A stretch of DNA of 64,000 nucleotides from Synechococcales cyanobacterium VAR_4_metabat_354 (GCA_031414775.1 JANOQI010000054.1:32001-96000); one strand, 5' to 3'. Positions 1-10,064 are shown, counted from the first letter of the stretch. Translations and numbers: made by a program. Notes: a model not told the origin generated them from the letters alone.

Positions 1-139
1 TCAGCTCTAAAGAAAATCAACCAGCCACAAACTCTAGCTGCTGCTTGCTGACAGTAGTACAGACAACAGCCAGAATGATCTTGCAGAAATACTGGTGTTT
101 AGAGCCACTCAGTCATTGGTAATCCTTTGTCCAGAAAAG

Positions 140-1516
140 TCACAGGGCTTTAGCGTTAACTTTGATTCTGGGAACCACAAAATAGTCCCCTCGATCATCA
201 ACACCAATTTGTCCTAAAGATTCGTCGCCAGTAATTAACCGCGCCCCGCGTCTGCGCGTGAAATAACTCCAGGTCCACTGAATAAACACCACTAACTTGC
301 TATCAAATTCAATCAAATAATAAATATGGACGAATACCCAAATCAACCAAGCAAAGAATCCCGAAAACTTCACCGCCCCAAAATCAGCTACCGCTGCATG
401 ACGACCAATTACCGACAAACTGCCCGCATCAAAATATTCAAAAGCTGGTAAATTTTCCCCAACTAATCGTTTGGAAATTAACTCCGCCACATATTTACCT
501 TCTTGAGTAGCTACTGGTGCTACCCCCGCCAAAGGTTTGCCATCTGACTTGGTGAAATTCGCCAAATCGCCAATCACAAAAATCTGGGGATAGCCTTTGA
601 TACTCAAGTCCGACTCGACCATCACTCTTCCCACCCGATCGAGTTCTGCCCCAGTATGTTCGGCTAAAATCTTACCCATCGCCGAAGCCTTGACGCCAGC
701 CGCCCATAGAACAGTGCGGGCTGCCACGGTTTCAGTTGTTTCGCCCTGGCGAATCGCCACCATATTGTCCTCAATGTTGGTAACTAGTGCTTTGGTTTGC
801 ACCTGAACACCCAATCCCACCAAGGACGCTTCAGCCTTGGCTGATAATTCTGGCGGATAGGTTGGCAATACTCGATCTAGCCCTTCCACTAGCACTATTT
901 TGGCTTCCGAGGTATCGATATTACGGAAATCTTTTTTGAGAGTAGTGTAAGCCAATTCAGCGATCGCCCCGGCCAGCTCGACCCCAGTTGGTCCACCACC
1001 CACAATCACAAAAGTGAGCCAAGCCCGACGTTTTTCTGGATCAGTTTCTTTCTCGGCGGCTTCAAAAGCCATAAAAATGCGGCGACGCATTTCTAGCGCG
1101 TCTTCCACCGTCTTGAGACCGGGCGCTGTCGGTGCCCATTGGTCGTTACCAAAATAGTGATGACTGACCCCGGTGGCGACGATTAAGGTATCGTAATTAA
1201 TCTCACCTTTATTCAAAAAAATCTTCTGTTTTACCGGGTCAACGTCTTGGACTTCACCCATCAGCACCTTGATATTTTTGTGCTTATTCAGAATCGATCG
1301 AAGCGGTGAGGAAATATCTGAAGGCGATAAGCCACCCGTGGCCACTTGATAAAGCAATGGCTGAAAAAGATGGAAATTACGCTTATCAATTAACGTCACC
1401 TTAACAGGAGCATCGCCCGAGGCATTGCCTAATGATTGTGCCGCATGAAGTCCACCGAAACCGCCGCCCACAATAACGACGTGATGAGGGAACTGTTTCT
1501 TAACTTCATTTGCCAT
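140..1516 (-). CDS. ndh: Type II NADH dehydrogenase (NAD(P)/FAD-dependent oxidoreductase)
   Basis: Two Rossmann motifs (VVIVGGGFGG, VIVGGGPTGVELAG), FQPLLYQVATG, and C-terminal AWLIWVFVHI. The ATG at 1516 (MANEVK) is preferred over the ORF-track start at 1618. Confidence 0.9.
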   Translation of the reverse strand: MANEVKKQFPHHVVIVGGGFGGLHAAQSLGNASGDAPVKVTLIDKRNFHLFQPLLYQVATGGLSPSDISSPLRSILNKHKNIKVLMGEVQDVDPVKQKIFLNKGEINYDTLIVATGVSHHYFGNDQWAPTAPGLKTVEDALEMRRRIFMAFEAAEKETDPEKRRAWLTFVIVGGGPTGVELAGAIAELAYTTLKKDFRNIDTSEAKIVLVEGLDRVLPTYPPELSAKAEASLVGLGVQVQTKALVTNIEDNMVAIRQGETTETVAARTVLWAAGVKASAMGKILAEHTGAELDRVGRVMVESDLSIKGYPQIFVIGDLANFTKSDGKPLAGVAPVATQEGKYVAELISKRLVGENLPAFEYFDAGSLSVIGRHAAVADFGAVKFSGFFAWLIWVFVHIYYLIEFDSKLVVFIQWTWSYFTRRRGARLITGDESLGQIGVDDRGDYFVVPRIKVNAKAL

Positions 1517-1658
1517 AATTTTAGATTTCCTTAGTTCAATCCTAGCAGGGGCATTTAGCCATAGACTCAGTAAAGTCAATGGTTTATGGAGATGCCTACT
1601 ATCTAGCTTAATATACATTCACAGAAAGACAATCGGTAAGACGGGGATCGATGTAAAT

Positions 1659-2597
1659 TTATTGGATATCAGCTGTGACCTGTAACAGTTTATTGACGAT
1701 CGAAGGCAAAATTTGCCGATTCTGTGCCGATCCTTCCGTAAAAACCACTAACATCATAGACAACCTGTCGGACATCTCGAAATAAGCAGCATCATGACGC
1801 ACGGTGCTCGTCCAACCAGCCTTCGACCAGAGCTTACTCCCCGGTGGCAAACCTTCACCCAAAAAGCCATTGACCTGATTCTCTTCCCCCGGTGGCGGTA
1901 TCATCTGCCCCGCCGCGACATCCCGCTGCATCAGCTCCAACATCAACTGCGATCGACTACTACTCACCGCAATTCCAGCTACCACGCTGTGTAGTAATCG
2001 CGCTGTAGCCTCGGTCGTAAGCATATTGCGATTGTCATACATGGCTCCCACAAAAGCCCGCTCACGACCATAGGGACTATCCCCCCAGGTTTTTTGATTA
2101 ACATTAATTTTGTCCAGTTCTGGCCAACCCAGCGACTGAAAATAACGATTCACAATATTGCGCTGCTGCTGCCAAAACTTAAACGGCTCGGTGGGTATCT
2201 CTGGGCCGCTAGTAGTACCACTCAAAATATCGACAATTAAGCTGGTGGCATCGTTACTAGAATCGACGATCATGTCATGCGCCGCTCGATCGATCTCCGC
2301 TGAAGTACTAGTCATACCCTTTTCTAGCCATTCTTGCAGCGCCACCAGATAGAACAACTTCACAATACTGGCCGGATAAATACGCTCACCACCGCGATAA
2401 CTAAATCCTCTCGGTACATACCGCCAAACATCCTGAGCCGTTAACGCCCCCGCTATATTCACTGGCGCATCTTGGTCATAGACCAACCAAGTCATGGCAA
2501 TTTGCTCTTTTCCCAATGCTGGAAAATCTTGCCAGATGGCCTGTAAAACTTCTTGGCCAAAGCGATCGAGCTGCGGATCGGGGGTGAAGAATTGCAT
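1659..2597 (-). CDS. Class A beta-lactamase-like serine hydrolase
   Basis: SxxK (ASIVK), SxN (SSNDAT) and KAG (WSKAGW) motifs. Confidence 0.85.
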   Translation of the reverse strand: MQFFTPDPQLDRFGQEVLQAIWQDFPALGKEQIAMTWLVYDQDAPVNIAGALTAQDVWRYVPRGFSYRGGERIYPASIVKLFYLVALQEWLEKGMTSTSAEIDRAAHDMIVDSSNDATSLIVDILSGTTSGPEIPTEPFKFWQQQRNIVNRYFQSLGWPELDKINVNQKTWGDSPYGRERAFVGAMYDNRNMLTTEATARLLHSVVAGIAVSSSRSQLMLELMQRDVAAGQMIPPPGEENQVNGFLGEGLPPGSKLWSKAGWTSTVRHDAAYFEMSDRLSMMLVVFTEGSAQNRQILPSIVNKLLQVTADIQ

Positions 2598-2667
2598 ATT
2601 AGTGCCGTTGAAATGCCTAAGCCTTCAGCATAGTATGGAAAGAGCAGCACCCCCAGCACCCCATTCT

Positions 2668-3369
2668 ATGAATCTGCCTCTTTCTGAAAATATTGAATAT
2701 CTCTGTCGATCGAACATCAATCTCTACAGCACAACCGACTGTAACGGCCTAGCTTCTCAAGTCGCCGCTGGCCGACAAGTAAAAATTCTCAACACCACCA
2801 TCATCAACCAAAACGTGTTGCGGGTGCGCTCAGTAGAAGACGATTATCCGGGCTGGTTAAATGCTAGCGATCTAATTCATCTCCAACCCACCCCTGATAC
2901 CTATCAGCCAGCAATTATCACTCGGAAGATGATTGAACAAAGGTTACCGGCTGTAATTGACTTTGCTAAAATTGCCCTATCAGTTCCCAATCAATACTTG
3001 TGGGGAGGCACCGTTGCTCCTAATTATGACTGTTCTGGCCTTATGCAAGCAGCTTTCGCATCGCAGGGCATTTGGCTGCCTCGCGATTCTTATCAGCAAG
3101 AAGCTTTCACCAAAAGAGTGGCCATTAGTGAACTACAACCCGGCGACTTGATTTTCTTTGGCACCCCTCAAAAAACTGATCATGTAGCTATATATCTGGG
3201 TAGGCAAGGATATATCCATAGTTCTGGTATTGAAATTGGACGCAATGGAATTGGTATTAACATACTATCAGCCGACGCGGAAGATGAGGTGAGTCAAGCC
3301 TACTGGAAAAAATTTCGCTGCTGTGGTCGGGTCATGTCTAGCTATCAACGTCTGAACTGTGGTCAATAA
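2668..3369 (+). CDS. NlpC/P60 (C40) peptidoglycan endopeptidase with N-terminal SH3-like domain
   Basis: YLWGG...DCSG catalytic Cys motif, PGDLIFF, HVAIY and IHSS. Start placed at ATG 2668 to avoid overlap with the divergent gene. Confidence 0.88.
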   Translation: MNLPLSENIEYLCRSNINLYSTTDCNGLASQVAAGRQVKILNTTIINQNVLRVRSVEDDYPGWLNASDLIHLQPTPDTYQPAIITRKMIEQRLPAVIDFAKIALSVPNQYLWGGTVAPNYDCSGLMQAAFASQGIWLPRDSYQQEAFTKRVAISELQPGDLIFFGTPQKTDHVAIYLGRQGYIHSSGIEIGRNGIGINILSADAEDEVSQAYWKKFRCCGRVMSSYQRLNCGQ

Positions 3370-3490
3370 CCCCCCATGGGTTGGGTGCGGGGCTTCTGAT
3401 GCTTCAACTAACAACTCTCCTCCACTTCTGCTCATGACCGATTAGACTTGTTAAACTTAAACAAAATCAACTACGAACTTTTCGGTATGC
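3362..3490 (+). mobile_element. Possible degenerate IS200/IS605 (IscB/HEARO-omegaRNA-type) element end
   Basis: Begins GTCAATAACCCC...GGGGCTT (imperfect hairpin), followed by TGACC and AACTACG. This order resembles the 5' part of HEARO/omegaRNA as recalled. No associated ORF; right boundary approximate. Confidence 0.4.
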
Positions 3491-4296
3491 TGTCAATGAG
3501 CGAATCTGATCATCACTCCGCGCCAGACCTTTGCAGGAAAAGTGACCTGGGCAACTTAAAGCTGATCATGAACCAGAGCATCGAACAAATCTCCCAGCAG
3601 TGCCAGCTCAAGATGCAGGAGCGCTTAGAGCAAATTTGGCTAGTAGCAGAAAAAGAGCGAGCTTCCCTGGCTCAAAGGATGGTGAGTGACCATCTAGCAA
3701 TGGTAGATGAAGGGATTAACAGCTTACCTAACTATCATCCCTTACACTGGTTTCAATCACAGCTTGAATTCAAGCTGTGCGGTGTTCTGGAGTTTAGCAA
3801 TGCTCAGACCGCCCAGAATATTGCTCAAGACATATTGAATCAGTTGCAATCAGAAATCTTACTGTCGATCGATAGTCAACAACAAGAAATTGCCAAAGAG
3901 TTCGATCGACAAATTCAAAGTATTCGTAAATCGTTAGCTACCACGATCCAGCCCCAACTCCAAAATCAAAGAGTGATTATTGCTGAGTATGTTAATAGCT
4001 ATATATCTTTAGCTAAACTACAACTACGAGAGGTCGATAAATTTGGGTTTTTCTGGAATGGCCAGCGGGTTAGTTCTAGTAATATAGTGATCTCTGGCAC
4101 CACGACAGTTAGTCCTTGGTATTTATTAGGCTTGCAAAAAAAACAACAGCCTGTTCATCGGGTGATGCTTCAGCAACTAAAGTCCCTCGTAAAAGAATCC
4201 CTAGAACGTACCTTTCGTGATGTCCAAGCCCAAATCGCTAGCTATATCGAGACCGATTTACACCAGCAAATCCAAGATCTAGTATCTAGTGTATAA
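3448..4296 (+). CDS. Helical protein resembling the C-terminal half of cyanobacterial dynamin-like proteins, without a GTPase domain (possibly truncated)
   Basis: Q/E/L-rich helical sequence; LEFKLCGVLEF and PWYLLG...IETDLHQQI recall dynamin-family C-termini; no P-loop; start uncertain. Confidence 0.4.
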   Translation: MLNLNKINYELFGMLSMSESDHHSAPDLCRKSDLGNLKLIMNQSIEQISQQCQLKMQERLEQIWLVAEKERASLAQRMVSDHLAMVDEGINSLPNYHPLHWFQSQLEFKLCGVLEFSNAQTAQNIAQDILNQLQSEILLSIDSQQQEIAKEFDRQIQSIRKSLATTIQPQLQNQRVIIAEYVNSYISLAKLQLREVDKFGFFWNGQRVSSSNIVISGTTTVSPWYLLGLQKKQQPVHRVMLQQLKSLVKESLERTFRDVQAQIASYIETDLHQQIQDLVSSV

Positions 4297-4362
4297 TAGC
4301 TTACGATTTACGTTGGCTCAATATTTTCCTATCCCGGCATATTTTGGTAATACAGATGTTTT

Positions 4363-4740
4363 ATGTCAGATAACCCACTGGAATCGGCATTCCATGCCCA
4401 GCTCTTACTAGTTAATGGTATCAGTGAAGAAATTTCCGAGTTACTGGGTAATAATCAGTGCCAAATATTTACTAACGAAATTTTGACTAGTATTCCGACA
4501 ATTAAGTCTGGGGCAGAGTTTCGGCAAATAATTCAGATTATTATTCATCAGCCCGAGCGATCATTGCAATCCTTCCAACTGAATGGCCTGCAAATGAACA
4601 TTCTGCACCAAAAAACCCAGTTATTAGCCATGCAATATTTGGGTAAAGAATATGCACCAGAAGTAATCAGCGATTTATTTCAGCAACTACCCAGACATTT
4701 GAAAAAATCTTTAACCAAATGGTTTGCAAGTTTGAAGTAA
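4363..4740 (+). CDS. Hypothetical protein
   Basis: 125-aa ORF, co-oriented and closely spaced with its neighbours. Confidence 0.6.
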   Translation: MSDNPLESAFHAQLLLVNGISEEISELLGNNQCQIFTNEILTSIPTIKSGAEFRQIIQIIIHQPERSLQSFQLNGLQMNILHQKTQLLAMQYLGKEYAPEVISDLFQQLPRHLKKSLTKWFASLK

Positions 4741-4779
4741 AAATCGGAAAATTTAAATTTAAGATTTTTTAGAAAAAAT

Positions 4780-5787
4780 ATGATCCATCAATCCGACTCA
4801 TTATCCCTCTGGGATAGTATTTTGTGCAAGAAAAATGTTATTCGCTTTTCATTAATCTGGGCAATGTTGTCGTTAGCCATTTATCTGTCTTTTGGTACAT
4901 CCATGCAAGGAAGTGGGCGACCAGAGTGGTACAGAATCATTACCGCTTATCCGATCCAAAATATCCCGGTGATTTTTTCTAGTATTTTGTGCCTAAGAAA
5001 TGGCCTTAGTCCTCGGATGCCTAGTGGCAGCAGAGTATGGCTCCTAATTGGGATGGCTCTATTTTGTTTCTTTGTTGGTAGTATATTCTTTAGCTCCTGG
5101 GAGTTGGTTTGGCAGCTCAATTCCACTGGCTCTCTAGGCGATCCCTTCTTTGTTTTATTTTATATTTTCCTAGCTGTGGCCATGACTATAGCTGTGACTA
5201 GCAAACGCACCAACTTAAATATTTATCAGTGGCTTTTAGTAGGGATTGTCGGCGTATATGCCGCATCTTTGGCTACTTTAATTCAGGCTCCCGCCACATC
5301 CATCACTACGGCATCAGCGCAGATACAGATGTCTACATCTGATCATGATAATTCAACAACTCCAGCACTATTAGCTCCCACCATTGACTCTTCGGTCAAA
5401 GCCGAACCAGAGAAACCAGCTGTCTCTATCCCTTCCTGGGTAACAGCCGCCGATCAGTTCTTTAAACCCTATGGCAAAATCCTGAATATGTTTTATGTCT
5501 GGTGTGATGTGGGACTAATTTGTTTGGCGGCCATCATGCTATCGGGATGTTGGGGCGGCAAGTTGAGTAAAGGTTGGCGGGTTAATGCTCAGGCCGTGAT
5601 CTGTATGTACATTGCCGATATGTGGTATGCCTATGCCAACAATCAAATGTCCAATTACCAAAGTGGCTTTTTCCTAGAAATATTGTGGCCTATTGGTTTA
5701 TTACAATTTGGGATTGGCGCTGCGATGGAATTCGATATGGTAATGTCGCGTCGGCGGCAGGTCAGTTTGACCCAAAGTACAACTTGA
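4780..5787 (+). CDS. Multi-pass membrane protein, tandem paralog 1
   Basis: About 8 hydrophobic segments and a central A/P/T/S-rich loop; collinear with 5893..6906. Confidence 0.8.
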   Translation: MIHQSDSLSLWDSILCKKNVIRFSLIWAMLSLAIYLSFGTSMQGSGRPEWYRIITAYPIQNIPVIFSSILCLRNGLSPRMPSGSRVWLLIGMALFCFFVGSIFFSSWELVWQLNSTGSLGDPFFVLFYIFLAVAMTIAVTSKRTNLNIYQWLLVGIVGVYAASLATLIQAPATSITTASAQIQMSTSDHDNSTTPALLAPTIDSSVKAEPEKPAVSIPSWVTAADQFFKPYGKILNMFYVWCDVGLICLAAIMLSGCWGGKLSKGWRVNAQAVICMYIADMWYAYANNQMSNYQSGFFLEILWPIGLLQFGIGAAMEFDMVMSRRRQVSLTQSTT

Positions 5788-5892
5788 TTTGCTATTCACA
5801 TAACCTTGGAAAATCTTTAACCAAATAGTTGGCAAGTTTGCAGTGAAAAGCGGGAAACCTAAACTTAATTAAGGTTTTCGCAGGAGAACATC

Positions 5893-6906
5893 ATGTTCAA
5901 TCACTCTGACCCCCTATCCCGCTGGGATAGTATTTTGTGCAAAAAAAATGTCATTCGCTTCTCATTTATCTGGGTAGTGTTGTCTCTAGCCATTTTTCTA
6001 TCGTTTGGAACTTCCATGCAAGGAACTGGCCGACCGGAGTGGTATCGGGCTGTAACCGCTTATCCCATCCAAAATATTCCGGTGATGTTTGCTAGTATTT
6101 TGTGCTTGAGAAATGGTATCAGTCGTCGCATGCCCAGTGGTAGTAGAGTATGGCTCCTAATTAGTATCGCTTTATTTTGTTATTTTATCGGTAATATGTT
6201 CTTTAGTTCCTGGGAGTTGGTTTGGCAGCTCAGCTCCACCGGATCTTTAGGTGATCCTTTCTTTGTCCTGTTTTATGTTTTGCTCGCAGCAGCCATGATG
6301 ATAGCTGTTACCAATAAGCGCACCAACTTAAATATTTACCAATGGTTTTTAGTAGGGATTGTCGGTATGTATGCCGCATCTTTGGCTACTTTGATTCAGG
6401 CTCCTGCCGCCGCGACCGCCGCTGAACCGACAGCTGTAATACAAGTCTCTGCTGATAATAATTTAGTAACACCACCACTATTGGCTAACACCACCGACTC
6501 TGCGGCCAAGATCGAAAAAGCCGAGCCAGAGACTCCAGCTGTTTCTATCCCGGCTTGGGTAAAAGCTGCCGATAATTTTCTCAAACCCTATGGCAAAACC
6601 ATGAATATGTTTTATGTCTGGTGTGATGTGGGGCTAAGTTGCTTAGCGATTGTCATGCTACTGGGATGTTGGGGCGGCAAATTGAGTAAAGGCTGGCGGG
6701 TTAATGCCCAAGCCGTGATCTGTATTTATGTTGCCGACATGTGGTATGCCTATGCGGGCAACCAGATTCCCAATTACCAAAGTGGTTTTTTCCTAGAAGC
6801 ATTTTGGCTCATTGGGTGCTTACAGTTTGGAATTGGCGCTGCGATGGAATTCGACACTGTCCAATCACGTCGGCGACAAGCTAGTTTCGATGAAAACGCG
6901 ATTTAA
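5893..6906 (+). CDS. Multi-pass membrane protein, tandem paralog 2
   Basis: Shares blocks with 4780..5787 (WDSILCKKNVIRFS, RMPSGSRVWLLI, TGSLGDPFFVLFY, GCWGGKLSKGWRVNAQAVIC); AGGAG RBS upstream. Confidence 0.8.
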   Translation: MFNHSDPLSRWDSILCKKNVIRFSFIWVVLSLAIFLSFGTSMQGTGRPEWYRAVTAYPIQNIPVMFASILCLRNGISRRMPSGSRVWLLISIALFCYFIGNMFFSSWELVWQLSSTGSLGDPFFVLFYVLLAAAMMIAVTNKRTNLNIYQWFLVGIVGMYAASLATLIQAPAAATAAEPTAVIQVSADNNLVTPPLLANTTDSAAKIEKAEPETPAVSIPAWVKAADNFLKPYGKTMNMFYVWCDVGLSCLAIVMLLGCWGGKLSKGWRVNAQAVICIYVADMWYAYAGNQIPNYQSGFFLEAFWLIGCLQFGIGAAMEFDTVQSRRRQASFDENAI

Positions 6907-7704
6907 TTTACCACTCACGTACCCTTCTAAGTCCAGAGTGACATAGACAAAACCCAGGTTTTGGAGGGCTGACACAACTTGCTCTAGATCTTGGTTAGCG
7001 ATGAACTCTTTGATCTGAGCTGGTGACAATTCAATGCGCGCCGTATCACCCTCCGATCGAACGCGCAGTTGTTCGTACCCCAGTTTGCGTAAATAAATTT
7101 CGGCACGACCAACCCGTTGCAGCTTGTCGATCGAGATGGCTTCGCCGTAGGGAAAACGGGAGCTAAGACAGGGTTGGGCTGGCTTGTTCCACCAGGACAA
7201 GCCCAAAAATTCCGAGATTTCGCGTACTTCTAACTTAGTAATTCCTAGCTCCGCCAAGGGTGACCTAGCCCCGCGCTCTTGAGCGGCTTGAATACCAGGG
7301 CGATAATCTTTTAAGTCATCGGCGTTCACCCCATCTAACACGTAGGGGTAGCCGAGTTGCTGAGCTAACGGCTTGAGGGTATCGTGCAGTTCGCTTTTAC
7401 AAAAATAACAACGGTTAATCGGATTAGCCCGATATTCAGGGTTATCCATTTCATGGGTGGTGACCACCTGGTGAGCAATCCCAATGGTAGCAGCCTGAAT
7501 CTGGGCATCTTCTAGCTCTTCGGGCAGTAGCGAAGGCGAGACCGCCGTGATCGCCAAAGACCTGTCGCCTAAGACATCGTAGGCAACTTTAGCCACCAGC
7601 GTACTATCCACGCCGCCGGAGTAAGCAATCAATGCTCGATCGACAGTGGTAAATAGTTGCTGAAGTGCCGATAATTTTTGGGCAGTGGCGGGTCTAATAG
7701 ACAT
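6865..7704 (-). CDS. larE: ATP-dependent sacrificial sulfur transferase LarE-like (PP-loop)
   Basis: AYSGGVDS PP-loop, RCYFCK, DYRPG, KPAQPCLSSRFPYG, LRVR and GYVSGKLN motifs. Confidence 0.88.
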   Translation of the reverse strand: MSIRPATAQKLSALQQLFTTVDRALIAYSGGVDSTLVAKVAYDVLGDRSLAITAVSPSLLPEELEDAQIQAATIGIAHQVVTTHEMDNPEYRANPINRCYFCKSELHDTLKPLAQQLGYPYVLDGVNADDLKDYRPGIQAAQERGARSPLAELGITKLEVREISEFLGLSWWNKPAQPCLSSRFPYGEAISIDKLQRVGRAEIYLRKLGYEQLRVRSEGDTARIELSPAQIKEFIANQDLEQVVSALQNLGFVYVTLDLEGYVSGKLNRVFIETSLSPT

Positions 7705-7718
7705 AACTTAAATAACGC

Positions 7719-8498
7719 TCAAAACTCGCGGCGGCTAAAGAGAGCAATGGTAATTACTAAAAACACTGCTGTATAGATTATAGAGTAACCAAAACTAGTC
7801 CACAGTTCAGCACTGTTCGGCAAGACGCTATACACGGCGCTATTTTTAAGATCGAAGCGCGCAAGATCGGGCAATAGCAAGAACAATCCATCAGCTAATT
7901 TCTGGAAGCCGGGACTTTTACTTTCTCCTAGGTGAGCCATGTTCAACATATCGCGGCTGCCGTGACCAGCTAGATATACTAAGCCCGTGAGCAAAGTAGC
8001 CAAAATAGAACTGGTGATGGAACCAAACATAATGGCCGCCGCCACAATCAGCATTAGCTCTAAAACCATAAAGACGCTGGTGATCAGTAGTGGTCCGATG
8101 GGGTAAGCAACTTTAGCAATGGTTAAAACTCCTAAATAAATAGCCATCATCAAGGCCACCAGTACGGCCAGTACTGCCGACAAGCCCAAGTGCTTGCCAA
8201 TAATGAATTCCGCCCGACTTAAGGGCTTGGGGATCAGTGCTAAAATTGTTCTTCGATCGATCTCTTTATTAACTAAGTTACCCCCCAGTAAAATGGCAAT
8301 TCCTACCGCCAAAACATTGATCACAGCTAGCCCAAAATCCAATAGAATCTTGTCCTGTGCTCCTGGTGCTACTTCGGGTAAGACTCGCCAAGCCAGCAGC
8401 ATAATTAAAACAAAAATGCCCACGACATAGAGAATGCGATCGCGAATAATCTCTCGAAAACTATTGGAGCCGATCGCCCAGATGCGAATTAAATTCAT
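7719..8498 (-). CDS. ABC transporter permease (ABC-2-like)
   Basis: FREIIRDR, KEIDRRTI and KPLSRAEFIIGK motifs; about 6 TM segments; ends FSRREF. Confidence 0.8.
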   Translation of the reverse strand: MNLIRIWAIGSNSFREIIRDRILYVVGIFVLIMLLAWRVLPEVAPGAQDKILLDFGLAVINVLAVGIAILLGGNLVNKEIDRRTILALIPKPLSRAEFIIGKHLGLSAVLAVLVALMMAIYLGVLTIAKVAYPIGPLLITSVFMVLELMLIVAAAIMFGSITSSILATLLTGLVYLAGHGSRDMLNMAHLGESKSPGFQKLADGLFLLLPDLARFDLKNSAVYSVLPNSAELWTSFGYSIIYTAVFLVITIALFSRREF

Positions 8499-8630
8499 AA
8501 CAAAATTCTTGCTAATTCCTGATTTCAGGAACTAGTATACCCAAATGATGTGGTGAGTTATACTAACGCCACCAAAGCTGGGAAAAGATATAAGATATTG
8601 AAGCCCTCTGATAGAGCATCGAAATACTGT

Positions 8631-9764
8631 ATGAGTAGAGTTGGTATCGGCATCCGCACCGCCAATCAGCGGCAAGAAAGAGAAGCAGGACAAATTCATG
8701 TCTATGATGGAGCTGGTAAAGGCAAGTCCCAAGCCGCTCTAGGCGTAGTACTAAGATCCTTGGGACTGGGAATCGAGAGCGAGACTGACCATCGTATTTT
8801 ATTACTACAATTCCTGAAAGGTCCGGGGCGGGAATATGATGAAGATGCGGCCATTGCTGCTCTGCGCGGTGCTTTCCCGCACTTAATTGACCAAGTGCGA
8901 ACTGGTCGAGCAGAATACTTTGGCCAAGCCGACATTACCGAGTTCGATCGAGAAGAAGCCGCTCGCGCCTGGGACGTGGCCAAAGGAGCGATCGCCTCTG
9001 ATTTATATACCGTGATTGTTCTGGACGAGATGAACCCAGCCTTGGATTTGGGCTTATTGCCCATTGATGAAGTCGTCAGCACCCTAGCCAAGAAACCCCG
9101 CCACTTAGAAGTGATTGTGACTGGTCGGGATACTCCCGCCGCGCTCTTAGAGTTGTCTGATCTACATTCGGAGATGAAGCCCCATCATCATCCCGAAGCC
9201 AAAGAAAAAGGCATTGAAGGAATTGAAATTTATACCGGCGATGGCAAGGGAAAATCTACCAGCGCCTTGGGTAAAGCTTTGCAAGCGATCGGACGAGGCA
9301 TCAGTCAAGATCGCAGCCATCGGGTGCTGATTATGCAATGGCTGAAGGGTGGCAGCGGCTATACCGAAGATGCTGCCATTGCCGCCCTCAAGAAAAGCTA
9401 TCCTCAGCTAGTCGATCACCAACGTTGCGGTGGTGATTCGATCGTCTGGCGCGGTAAGCAGCAAGAGATTGACTTTATCGAAGCAGAACGCGGTTGGGAA
9501 ATTGCTAGCAGTGCCCTGGCATCTGGTCTCTACAAAACCATTATTATGGATGAGCTAAATCCCACCGTGGATTTAGACTTGTTAGCTCAGGAACCAATCG
9601 TTGAGGCATTACTGGCTAAACCAGCGCATACCGAGGTAATTATTACTGGTCGCTGCTACAACACACCAATTTACTTTAACTTGGCCAGTATTCACTCCGA
9701 GATGATCTGTCACAAGCATTACGCTAATAGTGGGGTGAACCTGCGGCGGGGCGTAGATTTTTAG
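8631..9764 (+). CDS. cobO: Cob(I)yrinic acid a,c-diamide adenosyltransferase (CobO/BtuR family), tandem two-domain form
   Basis: Two repeats, each with a GxGKGKS P-loop, QFLKG/QWLKG, LDE/MDE and TGR motifs; ends RRGVDF. Start placed at ATG 8631. Confidence 0.88.
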   Translation: MSRVGIGIRTANQRQEREAGQIHVYDGAGKGKSQAALGVVLRSLGLGIESETDHRILLLQFLKGPGREYDEDAAIAALRGAFPHLIDQVRTGRAEYFGQADITEFDREEAARAWDVAKGAIASDLYTVIVLDEMNPALDLGLLPIDEVVSTLAKKPRHLEVIVTGRDTPAALLELSDLHSEMKPHHHPEAKEKGIEGIEIYTGDGKGKSTSALGKALQAIGRGISQDRSHRVLIMQWLKGGSGYTEDAAIAALKKSYPQLVDHQRCGGDSIVWRGKQQEIDFIEAERGWEIASSALASGLYKTIIMDELNPTVDLDLLAQEPIVEALLAKPAHTEVIITGRCYNTPIYFNLASIHSEMICHKHYANSGVNLRRGVDF

Positions 9765-9854
9765 CTAATTTGAGAAAATTAACACAAATCTGTGAATAAT
9801 AGCTATTAAGATATCAGTATGGGCTTTTGCCTTTAGTCATAGGAGAGTTATATC

Positions 9855-10064
9855 ATGTCAACGAAAACTTCAGTAAAAGATATTGCTAGTTTGACCGCAG
9901 CTGATGTCGAAATAATCGCTGCCAGACTAGAGGATGACAACTATGCTAGTCCTTTTGATGGCTTGGAAGATTGGCATTTGTTGCGGGCAGTCGCTTACCA
10001 ACAACCAGAGCTAGTCGAACCCTACATCCATTTGTTGGATGTGGAAGCTTACGACGAATCCTAA
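9855..10064 (+). CDS. Small conserved cyanobacterial protein (DUF2555-like)
   Basis: ARLEDDNY..PFDGLEDWHLLRA motif, AGGAG RBS, located immediately upstream of coaBC. Confidence 0.8.
   Translation: MSTKTSVKDIASLTAADVEIIAARLEDDNYASPFDGLEDWHLLRAVAYQQPELVEPYIHLLDVEAYDES

Noticed and set aside
8631..9764. Internal duplication of the adenosyltransferase domain
   Set aside because: The two-domain form is usual in cyanobacteria and is not novel.
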